Part shown: positions 47,697 to 57,114 of the stretch, piece after piece
Layout of the letters: every line of letters starts with the position of its first letter
How positions within the stretch are numbered: position 1 is the stretch's first letter
Source: Alphaproteobacteria bacterium
GTDB taxonomy: Bacteria > Pseudomonadota > Alphaproteobacteria > Bin95
Direction of reading: 5' to 3'
Assembly: GCA_964291285.2 (NCBI GenBank)
Contig: OZ219789.1
Coordinates: 128,001-192,000 of the forward strand
DNA length: 64,000 bases
Notes under the pieces: generated by a model
Seen by the model: only the letters and a program-made list of their open reading frames with translations
What the model was told of the DNA's origin: nothing
The model's database searches: none
Made by a program: the position numbers and the translations under genes

Positions 47697-50600
47697 ATGA
47701 CCGTCAATGAAGCCCCGTACCGGATCGGCGTCGATGTCGGCGGCACCTTCACCGACTTCGTGCTCCGCGACGAGGACACCGGCCGCGTTGCGGTCCACAA
47801 GGTTCCCTCCACGCCCGCCGATCCGTCCGAAGCGGTCCGGAACGGCCTGCCGGCGCTGCTCGAAAAGGCGGGAGCGGGCGCGCATGGAATAGGACAGCTT
47901 CTCCACGCGACAACGGTCGCGACCAACGCGATCATCCAGCGGCGCGGGGCGAAGACGGCGCTGATTACCACGCGCGGCTTCCGCGACGTGCTCATCCTCG
48001 GCCGGCAGAAGCGCTACGAGACCTACGACCTGCACATGCTGAAACCGGACCCGCTGATCCCGCGCGAACGGATCTTCGAGGTGCGGGAGCGGGTGAGTTT
48101 CGAGGGCGAGGTGCTGGAGCCGCTCGACGGGGAAGAGCTTGCGCTGGTCCTGGAACGCATCGCGGAGGGCGGCTACGAGGCGGTCGCCGTGGCGCTGCTG
48201 CACGCCTATGCCAACCCGGCCCATGAGCGGGCCGTCGGCAGGGCCGTCGCCGCACGCCTGCCGGATACGGCGCTCAGCCTGTCGGTCGATGTCTCGCCGA
48301 AACTCAGGGAATATGAGCGCACCAACACCACGGTGGCGAACAGCTTCGTGAAGCCCCTGGTCGGCGCTTACGTGCGGCGGCTGGCGGAAGACTTCGCCGC
48401 TGCCGGCTCAGCGGCCGGGCTTTCCATCATGCAGTCGAACGGCGGGCTCGTCTCGCCCGCGCTGGCAGGTGAATATCCTGTGCGCATCGTCGAGAGCGGC
48501 CCGGCTGCGGGCGTGCTGCTCGCGGGGCGGATCGGAAGGGACATCGGCGCGGACCGCGTGCTCAGCTTCGACATGGGCGGCACCACGGCGAAACTCGGGG
48601 CCATCGACGGGGGCGAGCCGGCGATTGCGCCCGTCTTCGAGGTCGATCCGGTCAGGTTCAAGAAGGGCTCCGGCCTGCCGATCAATGTGCCGGCCGTCGA
48701 GCTGATCGAGATCGGCGCGGGCGGCGGCTCCATTGCCGCGGCCGTGGACGGCGCCATCCAGGTGGGTCCGGAGAGCGCGGGCGCGGACCCCGGCCCCGCC
48801 TGCTACGGCACCGGCGGCCTGCGGCCAACGGTGACGGACGCGAACCTCGCGCTCGGCTACCTCAACCCCGCCTATTTCAACGGCGGCGCGATGGCGCTCG
48901 ACCCGGCTGCGGCCGAGGCGGCGCTCCGCAGCCATGTCGCCGGGCCGCTCGGCCTGTCCGCGGCGGAGGCCGCCTGGGGCGTCCATCTGGTCGCGACCGG
49001 GAATATGGAGCATGCGCTGCGCGTCGTTTCGGTGGAGCGCGGCCGCGACCCCCGCAACTATGCGCTGGTGGCCTTCGGCGGGGCCGGGCCGCTGCATGCG
49101 GCGCGGATCGCGCGCACGCTGGGCGTCCGGCAGGTCGTGGTGCCCCGGGCCGCCGGCGTCGGCTCGGCCGTGGGCATGCTGGCGGCGGAGAGCCGGCTGG
49201 ACGCCTCCGTCACCCGCCTGCTGCGCCTGGACGAGGCCGCGCCCGGGGACATCGCCGCCGTCTATGCCGGGCTGGAGGCGCGGCTGGCGAAGGACCTTGC
49301 CCGCCTGCCCGGGGCATCGGAGCCGGAGTTCCGGCGCTTCGCCTATATGCGGCACACGGGCCAGGGCTTCGAAATCCATGTGGACCTGCCGGCGGGCCCG
49401 ATCGGAGAAGGCTATATCGACGCCTGCGAGGCCGCATTCCGCGCCGCCTACAAGGCCCGCTACCGCACGGAAGACCCGGCAAGCGCGGTCGAGGGCGTGG
49501 ACTGGGCACTGGCGGCCGTGGTTCCGGGCTCGCGGGACTTATCCGCCTTGGAAGCCGGCGCGCGGCCGACCGGCGGGCCGCCGGGCATGAGGCGGGCCTG
49601 GTTCCCCGAGGCGGGCGGCATGACGGAGACGGCGGTCTGGCGGCGCGAGGCCATCGGCCCGGATGCTGTTATCGAGGGACCTGCCATCGTGGAGGACGCC
49701 GAGGCGACGACCGTCATCCCGCCGGGCGACCGCGCGCGGCTCGGGCCGGGCGGCCACCTGCTGATCGACATCGAGCAGGCCGCGGCGCCCGGAGAGGAAC
49801 CGGAAGACCGGGCCGGGCCCGCCGCCGCCGGCCCGTGCAGCGGCGGCAGGGCGGCAGGGACGTCCATCGACCCCATCACCTTCACCGTCATCTGGAACTC
49901 CGTCGTCTCCATCGCCGAGGAGCTCGGCACCACCATGCGGCACACCGCCTTCAGCGAGGCGGTGCGCGAGGGCGACGACTTCTCCACAGCCGTGTTCGAT
50001 GCGAAGGGCCGGATGATCGCGCAGGGCAATTTCTCGCCGGGCCATCTGGGCTCCATGCCCTTCGTCATTCGCCATGCGACCGAGGTTTATCCGCCGGAGA
50101 CGCTGCGGCCCGGCGACAGCATCCTGATGAACGACAGCTGGATGGGGTCCGGCCATTTTCCCGACTTCTTCCAGGTCATGCCGGTGTTCGAGGGAGGAGA
50201 GCTGCTGGGCTATGTGGCGGCCTCGGCCCACCAGATGGACGTGGGCGGCGCGGCGCCCGGCTCGCAGAAGGTCCACGGCGTGACCGAGTCCTTCCAGGAG
50301 GGCTTCCGCATCCTGCCCGTGCGCTTCTGCCGGGAGGGCGAGATCGACCGCGACATCCTGTCGATGGTGCTCGCCAACACCCGCGTGCCGGACAAGGTGC
50401 GCGGCGACGTGATGGCGCAGCACACCGCGAACCTGACCGCCGCCGAGCGCTTCCGCCAGCTTTTCCGGGACCACGGCCGGCCCGTTGTCGAGCAGGCCTT
50501 CGACGACACTCTGGACCGCAGCGAAGCGCGCATGCGCGCCGCGCTGGCGCGGGTGCCGCCGGGCACCTACAGCTTCGACGACCGAATGGACGATTACGGC

Positions 50601-51446
50601 CCCGGCACGACGCCGATCCATTTCGGCGTCGATATCACCTTCGCCGAAGGGCCGGAGGGCGCGGAGGTGACGGTCGATTTTTCCCGCTCCTCGGACCAGG
50701 TGCCGGCCGCCATCAACAGCTATATCAACTACACCCGCGCCTACACCTACTTCGCGATCAAGATATTCTGCGACCCGTTCAGCCCGCAGAATGCGGGCGC
50801 GATGCGCCCGATAAGGCTGGTGGCGCGGGAAGGCAGCTTCTTCAATCCGAAATTCCCCGCCCCTTCGGGCGGCCGGGCGGCGCTGCAGGTCCGCATTTTC
50901 GACACCATCAACGGCGCGATGGCCCAGGCCATGCCGGAGCGCGCGATGGGCGCCTTCAGCCACTGGTCCAACCCCAATATCGGCGGCATCGACGACCGCA
51001 CCGGCAAGCCCTACGTCTTCTACGACCTGATCCTGGCAGGCTACGGAGGACGGGCGGACAGCGACGGCCCCGAGGGCCTGAGCCCGGTGATGAACTGCTC
51101 GAACATCCCGGTGGAAGTGCATGAGACCAACCTGCCGGTGCTGATACACCGGGTGGAGCTGCTCGACGGCACCGGCGGCGCAGGCCGGCACAAGGGCGGA
51201 AGCGGCCTGCGCAAGGATATCGAACTGCTGGCCGGCGAAGGCGTGCTGACCTTGCTCGGCGACCGGCATGAGAGCCGGCCCTACGGCGTGTTCGGCGGCG
51301 AGCCCGGCGCGCTCGGGGAGACGGTACTCAATCCCGACGGCAACGGCGAACGGCTGGGCTCCAAGGAAATCCGCACGCTGAAGCGCGGCGACGTGTTGAG
51401 CATCCGCACGAGCGGCGCCGGCGGTTACGGAAAGCCCGGCGGGTAG
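47697..51446 (+). CDS. Fused hydantoinase A/B (5-oxoprolinase-like) ATP-dependent lactamase
   Basis: DVGGTFTD, ESGPAAG, DMGGTT and GPESAGADPGP (A part); IDPITF, GHFPD, HQMDVGG and GAGGYG (B part), all in one frame. Confidence 0.92.
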   Translation: MTVNEAPYRIGVDVGGTFTDFVLRDEDTGRVAVHKVPSTPADPSEAVRNGLPALLEKAGAGAHGIGQLLHATTVATNAIIQRRGAKTALITTRGFRDVLILGRQKRYETYDLHMLKPDPLIPRERIFEVRERVSFEGEVLEPLDGEELALVLERIAEGGYEAVAVALLHAYANPAHERAVGRAVAARLPDTALSLSVDVSPKLREYERTNTTVANSFVKPLVGAYVRRLAEDFAAAGSAAGLSIMQSNGGLVSPALAGEYPVRIVESGPAAGVLLAGRIGRDIGADRVLSFDMGGTTAKLGAIDGGEPAIAPVFEVDPVRFKKGSGLPINVPAVELIEIGAGGGSIAAAVDGAIQVGPESAGADPGPACYGTGGLRPTVTDANLALGYLNPAYFNGGAMALDPAAAEAALRSHVAGPLGLSAAEAAWGVHLVATGNMEHALRVVSVERGRDPRNYALVAFGGAGPLHAARIARTLGVRQVVVPRAAGVGSAVGMLAAESRLDASVTRLLRLDEAAPGDIAAVYAGLEARLAKDLARLPGASEPEFRRFAYMRHTGQGFEIHVDLPAGPIGEGYIDACEAAFRAAYKARYRTEDPASAVEGVDWALAAVVPGSRDLSALEAGARPTGGPPGMRRAWFPEAGGMTETAVWRREAIGPDAVIEGPAIVEDAEATTVIPPGDRARLGPGGHLLIDIEQAAAPGEEPEDRAGPAAAGPCSGGRAAGTSIDPITFTVIWNSVVSIAEELGTTMRHTAFSEAVREGDDFSTAVFDAKGRMIAQGNFSPGHLGSMPFVIRHATEVYPPETLRPGDSILMNDSWMGSGHFPDFFQVMPVFEGGELLGYVAASAHQMDVGGAAPGSQKVHGVTESFQEGFRILPVRFCREGEIDRDILSMVLANTRVPDKVRGDVMAQHTANLTAAERFRQLFRDHGRPVVEQAFDDTLDRSEARMRAALARVPPGTYSFDDRMDDYGPGTTPIHFGVDITFAEGPEGAEVTVDFSRSSDQVPAAINSYINYTRAYTYFAIKIFCDPFSPQNAGAMRPIRLVAREGSFFNPKFPAPSGGRAALQVRIFDTINGAMAQAMPERAMGAFSHWSNPNIGGIDDRTGKPYVFYDLILAGYGGRADSDGPEGLSPVMNCSNIPVEVHETNLPVLIHRVELLDGTGGAGRHKGGSGLRKDIELLAGEGVLTLLGDRHESRPYGVFGGEPGALGETVLNPDGNGERLGSKEIRTLKRGDVLSIRTSGAGGYGKPGG

Positions 51447-51465
51447 GCCCCGGAAGGTCCGGTCG

Positions 51466-52779
51466 ATGGCGGCGCGCAAGATGCACCTGCTGGGCTTCAT
51501 GATGTACACGCCCATCAACCACATGACGCTCAGCTGGGCCGACCCCGAGGACCGGCAGGTCGAGGGCTTCGGCTCGATGGAACACTGGCAGGACCTTGCG
51601 CGGACAATGGAGCGCGGGCGCTTCGACGGCCTGTTCTTCGCCGACGTGCCCGCCGTTTACGACTTCTACAAGGACACGACCGATGTCGCCGTCCGGCACG
51701 GGGTCAGCTGGCCGGCGCACGATCCGGTCGCGCTCATCGGCGTGATGGGGGCGGCCACCCGGCATCTCGGCATCGCGGCGACGGTCTCCGTCGCGAGCCA
51801 GCACCCGTTTCTCACCGTGAGATCGCTCTCCAGCCTGGACTACCTGACCGGCGGCCGGGTCGGGTGGAACATCGTGACCGGCAATGCGCGCTCGGAGCAC
51901 CGGGCGCTCGGGCTCGAGGTGATGGACCATGACGAGCGCTACGACCGGGCCGATGAATATATGGAGGTCTGTTACAAGCTGTGGCGGGGCATCCCGGCGG
52001 ACGCGATTGCCGCAGACAGGGCGGCCGGGGTGCTGGCGGACCCTTCGAGGATCGGCAAGATCGCGCATGAGGGGCGGTATTTCCGCTGCCGCGCCACGCC
52101 CTCGGTCCTCCCGTCGGCGCAGGACCGCCCGGTGCTCTTCCAGGCGGGGTCCTCGGGCCGGGGGCAGCGTTTCGCCGTCACCCATGCCGATGTGATCTTC
52201 TCCATCCAGCCGGACCTGAAGCGCATGCAGGCCTTCATGGCGCAGATCCGCGCCGCCGCCCGGGACGGGAGACGCGCGCGCGAGCCGAAAGTCACCTTCG
52301 CGGTCCAGCCCTTCGTGGCCCGCAGCCGTGAGGAGGCCGCCCGGCGCCGGGACGAAATGCTCGCGCGCATTCCCATCGACGCGGCGCTGACGCGCATATC
52401 CGGCACATTCGGCGTCGATCTCGCGACCGTGGATATCGACAGGCCGCTCCAGGACATCGACACGCAGGCCTCGCAAGGGCTCGTCAAGGCGATGGCGGGC
52501 ATGTTCGGCGACGAGCGGATTTCGCTTCGCGAGGCCGTTCGGCTCTCTGGCCTGGCGGGGCTGATTCCGCAGTTGCTGGGCACGCCGGAGGAGATCGCGG
52601 ACGATCTGGAGGCGATCTGGCGCGAGACCGGCTGCCACGGCTTCAACGTCACCCCGGCGGTCGTGCCCGGCGGCTACGAGGACTTCGTGGACCGGGTGGT
52701 GCCGGTCCTGCAGGAGCGCGGCATCTTCCGCCGGGAATACGAAGCGGCGACTTTCAGGGGAAACCTGGTCGGCGGATAG
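51466..52779 (+). CDS. NtaA/DszA/SnaA family FMN-dependent monooxygenase
   Basis: ERGRFD.LFFAD, GRVGWNIVT, HDERYDRADEY, LFQAGSS.RG and VVPVLQERG motifs. Confidence 0.93.
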   Translation: MAARKMHLLGFMMYTPINHMTLSWADPEDRQVEGFGSMEHWQDLARTMERGRFDGLFFADVPAVYDFYKDTTDVAVRHGVSWPAHDPVALIGVMGAATRHLGIAATVSVASQHPFLTVRSLSSLDYLTGGRVGWNIVTGNARSEHRALGLEVMDHDERYDRADEYMEVCYKLWRGIPADAIAADRAAGVLADPSRIGKIAHEGRYFRCRATPSVLPSAQDRPVLFQAGSSGRGQRFAVTHADVIFSIQPDLKRMQAFMAQIRAAARDGRRAREPKVTFAVQPFVARSREEAARRRDEMLARIPIDAALTRISGTFGVDLATVDIDRPLQDIDTQASQGLVKAMAGMFGDERISLREAVRLSGLAGLIPQLLGTPEEIADDLEAIWRETGCHGFNVTPAVVPGGYEDFVDRVVPVLQERGIFRREYEAATFRGNLVGG

Positions 52780-52786
52780 GAGGCGC

Positions 52787-53779
52787 TCACGTCTCCAGGC
52801 CGAGCCTGTAGGCCCTGTTGGCGTTTTCCCGGTAGAGCAGGCGCTTCTCGTCGTCGGAACAGCCGGCCGTCAGGCGCTTGAAGGCATTCCAGAGGGCCGT
52901 GAAGGTCGTCGTCTGCCCGTCCACAGGGTAGTTGCTCTCGAGGATGACGCGCTCGGTCCCGAAGAGTTCCAGCCCGGTCTCGAAGAACGGCCGCCAGAGT
53001 TCCGCCAGCACGTCCGAAGGGGGCCGTTCGCCTCCGGCAATGTCGAACCCCCACAGCCTTATGCCGAAGCCGCCGCCCTTCATCAGGACATTCGGGCATT
53101 CAGCGACCGCGGCCAGCCCGCGCCGCCACTGCTCCGTCGCCCCGGCCGGGTCGAGGGCGTGGCGCCCGACGCCCAGGCGGAAGCCGAGATGGTTGAGGAT
53201 TATCGGCGTGTCCGGGAACCGCCGCGCCAGGTCCGCGAGTTCCGGCAACTGCGGGTGGAAGAGCACGGCGTCGAACGAAAGGCCGCGGGCGTGCAATTGC
53301 CGGAAGCCGCGCGCGAATTCCACATCCAGCAGCAGGCCTGGCGGCGGGCGCACGCTGATATGGCCGTAAACGGCCTCGTCGGCGTCCCAGTAAACGCCCC
53401 GGCGAATGCCCTTGAAGCGCCCGCCGCCGGCTTCGATATGGGCGTCCAGAACCTCGCCCGCCCTGTCCCCGATGGCGAGGTCCGCATAGCCGACGATGCC
53501 GGCGCAGAGCCTGCGGCCTCCCCAGGCGCCCTGCTCGGCCCGCGCCGCCAGCGACGCGACGAACTCCGTCTCTCCGACGGGCCTCAGATGCTCGGGGCCG
53601 GCGTCCCGGTAGTGCTGGCGCACCTCGATATAGACCGAGGCGCGGATATCGTGGCCCAGGGCGCAATCGGCCGCATAGTCGTCGATGGTGTAGCGGTGGC
53701 CCGGCCCGTCCATCAGATGGTGGTGGGCATCGACGATTTTCAGATCCGGCTCGAGTATCGACTCCATCTCTTCGCTCAT
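52787..53779 (-). CDS. Amidohydrolase family protein
   Basis: IVDAHHHL, PVGETEFV, LNHLG and ESNYPVD motifs; ATGA overlap with the GMC gene. Confidence 0.9.
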   Translation of the reverse strand: MSEEMESILEPDLKIVDAHHHLMDGPGHRYTIDDYAADCALGHDIRASVYIEVRQHYRDAGPEHLRPVGETEFVASLAARAEQGAWGGRRLCAGIVGYADLAIGDRAGEVLDAHIEAGGGRFKGIRRGVYWDADEAVYGHISVRPPPGLLLDVEFARGFRQLHARGLSFDAVLFHPQLPELADLARRFPDTPIILNHLGFRLGVGRHALDPAGATEQWRRGLAAVAECPNVLMKGGGFGIRLWGFDIAGGERPPSDVLAELWRPFFETGLELFGTERVILESNYPVDGQTTTFTALWNAFKRLTAGCSDDEKRLLYRENANRAYRLGLET

Positions 53780-55407
53780 GATTGCTGTTCCCCCTCGATA
53801 AGCGCGGCCGCTTTTTCCCCGATCATGATGACGGGCGCGTGCAGGGCCGCATTGGGAATGCGCGGGATGATCGAGGCGTCCACGATCCACAGCCCTTCGG
53901 CGCCGCGCACCCGAAGCCCACTGTCCACGACGGAATCGTCCCTCGGCCCCATCGCGCATGTCCCGCACTGGTGGTAGGCGGTGGCGCCGTTGCGCCTGAT
54001 ATCCGCCACCAGGCTCCGGTCGTCCGAGACCGCTTCGCCCGGCAGCAGCTCGCGGTCGATATATTTCGCCATTGCGGGACGGCGCATCATGCTCCGCATC
54101 CGCTTCACCGCCTTCAGCAGCACCTCCATGTCGCGGGGGTCGGAAAAATAGCCCGCCTCGATCCGGGGCCGGTCGAGCGGGTCCGCCGAACGGAGCGACA
54201 CGGCGCCCCGGCTCAGCGGCGAGCCCTGATAGACCGTCAGGCCGAAGCCGTGCCGGTCGGGAAGCAGGTCGCGGATGCGGAACGCCGCCCCGCCGGTCCT
54301 CGCGGGACCGAGGGCGGAGAGCAGCACGACCTGCGCATCCGGGACTTCGAGCGCCGGGTCGGTGCGGAAATAGCCGCCGGCAACGGCATAGGTCTCGGCG
54401 AGCGGCCCGCTCCGGAAGAGCGCATAGCGCAGCGCCGCCGCCGCCGCGTTGTGCGGGCGGAGATGCCGGCTCGCGGAAACGGGCGCATTGCAAAGATACT
54501 GAAGGCGGTAGCAGGCATGGTTCTGCAGGTTGCGGCCCACATTCGGCGCGTCGTGGATGACGGGAATCCCGTGCGAGGAGAGGGCGCCCGCCGGCCCGAT
54601 GCCCGAGAGCATCAGCAATTGCGGCGTCTTGATCGCGCCGGCCGAAAGGACGACCCCGCGCCGGGCCGCAATACGGACCTGCCGGCCGCCGATCGACGCT
54701 TCGACGCCGGAAGCCCGCCTGCCCTCGAAGAGGACCCGCAAGGCAAGGGCGCCGGTGCGGACAAGGAGGTTCGGCCGCCCTGCCGCCGGTTCGAGATAGG
54801 CCGTAGCGGCGCTCATGCGCCGGCCCCGGCCGGCATTGATGTCGTAGAGGGCGAACCCCTCGCCCGCACCGGTGTTGAGGTCGTCCAGCACCGGGAACCC
54901 GTCTTCCGCCGCCGCCGCCAGAAAGGCGTCGCAGATCGGCAGGTCCGGGCGGGCGCGCCGGACATGCACGGGGCCCGCACCGCCATGCCACGGCCCGTCG
55001 CCGCGCTCGTTCGCCTCCGAGCGCCTGAAATAGGGAAGCAGGTCCTCGAACGCCCAGCCGGCGCAGCCCATCTGGCGCCAGATGTCGTATTCGCGCGGGT
55101 GGCCGCGCGTGTAGATCATGCCGTTGATGGAGCTGGACCCGCCCAGCACCCGGCCCTGAAGCCAGGTGAGTTCGCGACCCTCCATTTCCGGGACCGGGTC
55201 GGCCTTGAACGCCCAGTTGAACCGGGGATGGTTGGCGGCCACGAAGCCGAGGCCGGGAAGCCGGAGCAGCGGGCTGCGGTCGGGCCCGCCCGCTTCCAGT
55301 AGCGTGACCGAGACGTCCGGGTCCTCGGACAGCCGCGCGGCCACCACGGAGCCGGCCGCCCCGGAGCCGATGACGAGATAGTCGCAGGACAACGAACGGT
55401 CCCTCAT
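53776..55407 (-). CDS. GMC family (choline dehydrogenase-like) oxidoreductase
   Basis: GSGAAG, GRVLGGSSSINGM, LMLSGIG, VGRNLQNH, YHQCGTCAMG and DASI motifs. Confidence 0.94.
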   Translation of the reverse strand: MRDRSLSCDYLVIGSGAAGSVVAARLSEDPDVSVTLLEAGGPDRSPLLRLPGLGFVAANHPRFNWAFKADPVPEMEGRELTWLQGRVLGGSSSINGMIYTRGHPREYDIWRQMGCAGWAFEDLLPYFRRSEANERGDGPWHGGAGPVHVRRARPDLPICDAFLAAAAEDGFPVLDDLNTGAGEGFALYDINAGRGRRMSAATAYLEPAAGRPNLLVRTGALALRVLFEGRRASGVEASIGGRQVRIAARRGVVLSAGAIKTPQLLMLSGIGPAGALSSHGIPVIHDAPNVGRNLQNHACYRLQYLCNAPVSASRHLRPHNAAAAALRYALFRSGPLAETYAVAGGYFRTDPALEVPDAQVVLLSALGPARTGGAAFRIRDLLPDRHGFGLTVYQGSPLSRGAVSLRSADPLDRPRIEAGYFSDPRDMEVLLKAVKRMRSMMRRPAMAKYIDRELLPGEAVSDDRSLVADIRRNGATAYHQCGTCAMGPRDDSVVDSGLRVRGAEGLWIVDASIIPRIPNAALHAPVIMIGEKAAALIEGEQQS

Positions 55408-55536
55408 CGCGCCCGGCCAGTCGTGCCCAAGCCGCTGCCCCCCTTTCCCGTTCCGCGAGTCCCGAAAGCCGTGCAGCCGTCCCGCGATTCATGCCTTATA
55501 CCCTTCCCCGCCGAAACCGCGCAGGAAGGAACCCGG

Positions 55537-56145
55537 ATGCCGTTGCAAAATCGCGTGACGCCTTTCGGAGACATCATCGCCACGCCGGAGCGCGGGACGA
55601 TGATGGGCAATCGCGGCATCCTGCATGACGAGCGCCGGGCGCTCGGCCGGCGGCGCTGGACGCACAAGGCCTGGATCTGCTGCGTCACCGAGTTCCGGGG
55701 CAGGACGCGGCAGGTCATGGCCCCCCGGCGCTACACGGAACTCTTCTTTCTCGACGAGGCGGTGGCGCTCGCCGCCGGGCACCGGCCCTGCTTCGAATGC
55801 CGGCGCGAGGCCGCCAGGGCCTATGCCGCCTGCTGGGGCGGCCATCCGCGGGCCGGAGAGATGGACCGCGTGCTGCATGCCGAACGCCTCGAAGGACGCC
55901 GCCGGCATATCCACATCCGTGACTCCGCGGAACTCCCCGATGGCGCGTTCGTGAGCCGGGACGGGTCCGCCTGGTTGGTCAGGGGCCCGCTGCTGCTGCG
56001 CTACACGCCCGGCGGATACGACGCCGCGACCGAGCGCCCCGCCGGCGCGGTCGAGGTGCTGACGCCGCCCGCCACGCTCAGGGCGCTCAGGGCCGGCTAC
56101 GCCCCGCTGCTGCACCCGTCGGCCGGAGCTCCAACCGCGCCCTGA
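55537..56145 (+). CDS. Conserved hypothetical protein with Ada-like AAGHRPCxxC motif
   Basis: MPLQNRVTPFG...MGNRG.LH and YTELFFLDEA.ALAAGHRPCFECR; AGGA SD. Confidence 0.75.
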   Translation: MPLQNRVTPFGDIIATPERGTMMGNRGILHDERRALGRRRWTHKAWICCVTEFRGRTRQVMAPRRYTELFFLDEAVALAAGHRPCFECRREAARAYAACWGGHPRAGEMDRVLHAERLEGRRRHIHIRDSAELPDGAFVSRDGSAWLVRGPLLLRYTPGGYDAATERPAGAVEVLTPPATLRALRAGYAPLLHPSAGAPTAP

Positions 56146-56950
56146 ACACAAGGTCCGCAATGCCCGAGGCCGCGCCCTCGGCGGCCGCAGCGGCAAGGGA
56201 AGTCCACGCGCCCTCCAGCCATTCGGCCGGTACGGCATTGGCCTGATCCACCCTGCCGACCTCGTTCCCGTCCGACCAGACGACGGACCAGCCGAGCCGC
56301 AGTTCCCGCAAGCCCGAATGGTCCGGGCCGACCTCCACACTGCCGAAGACATGCAGGTGGCTCGGCGCGGCGGGCGGCACGACATCCAGCCCCCCGCCCG
56401 CAAGCGCCGCTTCGAGCGCGCGCAAGAGCGGCGCGGTCGCTTCGGGGGCGGCGCCGGAAATCGGTGCAACGGAGATTTTCAGCCGGACAGGATCGCCCGC
56501 GCCCGGACTTTCCGCGCGAACCCGCTCGGCAACCTCGTCCGCCAGTTCTTCGAGAAGCACGGCCAGGGCCTCCTGCCGGCCGCCCTCGACCTGCTGCTCG
56601 AAACGCCCGGCCAGCCTGCCCTCCCAGTCGCGGAGTTCCCAGGCGAGACCGGACGGAGCGAACCCATCCGGCATTGCAGCGAGTTCGACGCGACCGGTCA
56701 CCCGGTAGCTGAGTCGATTGCCTGCGCGCCGGCTGGCCGGCAATCCGCGGCGGTGCAGCGCCCCCTCAAGGTCCCGCCGCAACCGGTTTTCGAGTTCGGG
56801 CGTTGCTCCGTGGATACGTCCCACCCGCACCCCGACGCTTTCAGGAAGCGCCAGCAGGGCGCTGGCCTTGTCGCGCTCCATGACCTGCGGCAGGGGCTGG
56901 CAGGCCGCGGCAAACAGCGCCACGGCGAGAAGGCCGCCCGCCCTAGACAA
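56087..56950 (-). CDS. Hypothetical lipoprotein
   Basis: Hydrophobic N-terminus with AAAC lipobox followed by QPLPQ; two similar internal domains. Start uncertain. Confidence 0.6.
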   Translation of the reverse strand: MSRAGGLLAVALFAAACQPLPQVMERDKASALLALPESVGVRVGRIHGATPELENRLRRDLEGALHRRGLPASRRAGNRLSYRVTGRVELAAMPDGFAPSGLAWELRDWEGRLAGRFEQQVEGGRQEALAVLLEELADEVAERVRAESPGAGDPVRLKISVAPISGAAPEATAPLLRALEAALAGGGLDVVPPAAPSHLHVFGSVEVGPDHSGLRELRLGWSVVWSDGNEVGRVDQANAVPAEWLEGAWTSLAAAAAEGAASGIADLVFRARLELRPTGAAAGRSRP

Positions 56951-57114
56951 GGATGCAGCCCACGAGGAGGCCGAGCAGGCAAAGCCCGAGGAAGATCACC
57001 AGATGCGGCATCTCCGCGCCGTTCCCGCCTTCAATCGGGATAGGGGGGAGCCTCACGGCTCCACCCCTCCCACACCACCGTGCATACGGGTCCGTACACG
57101 GCGGTTCGACGGAT

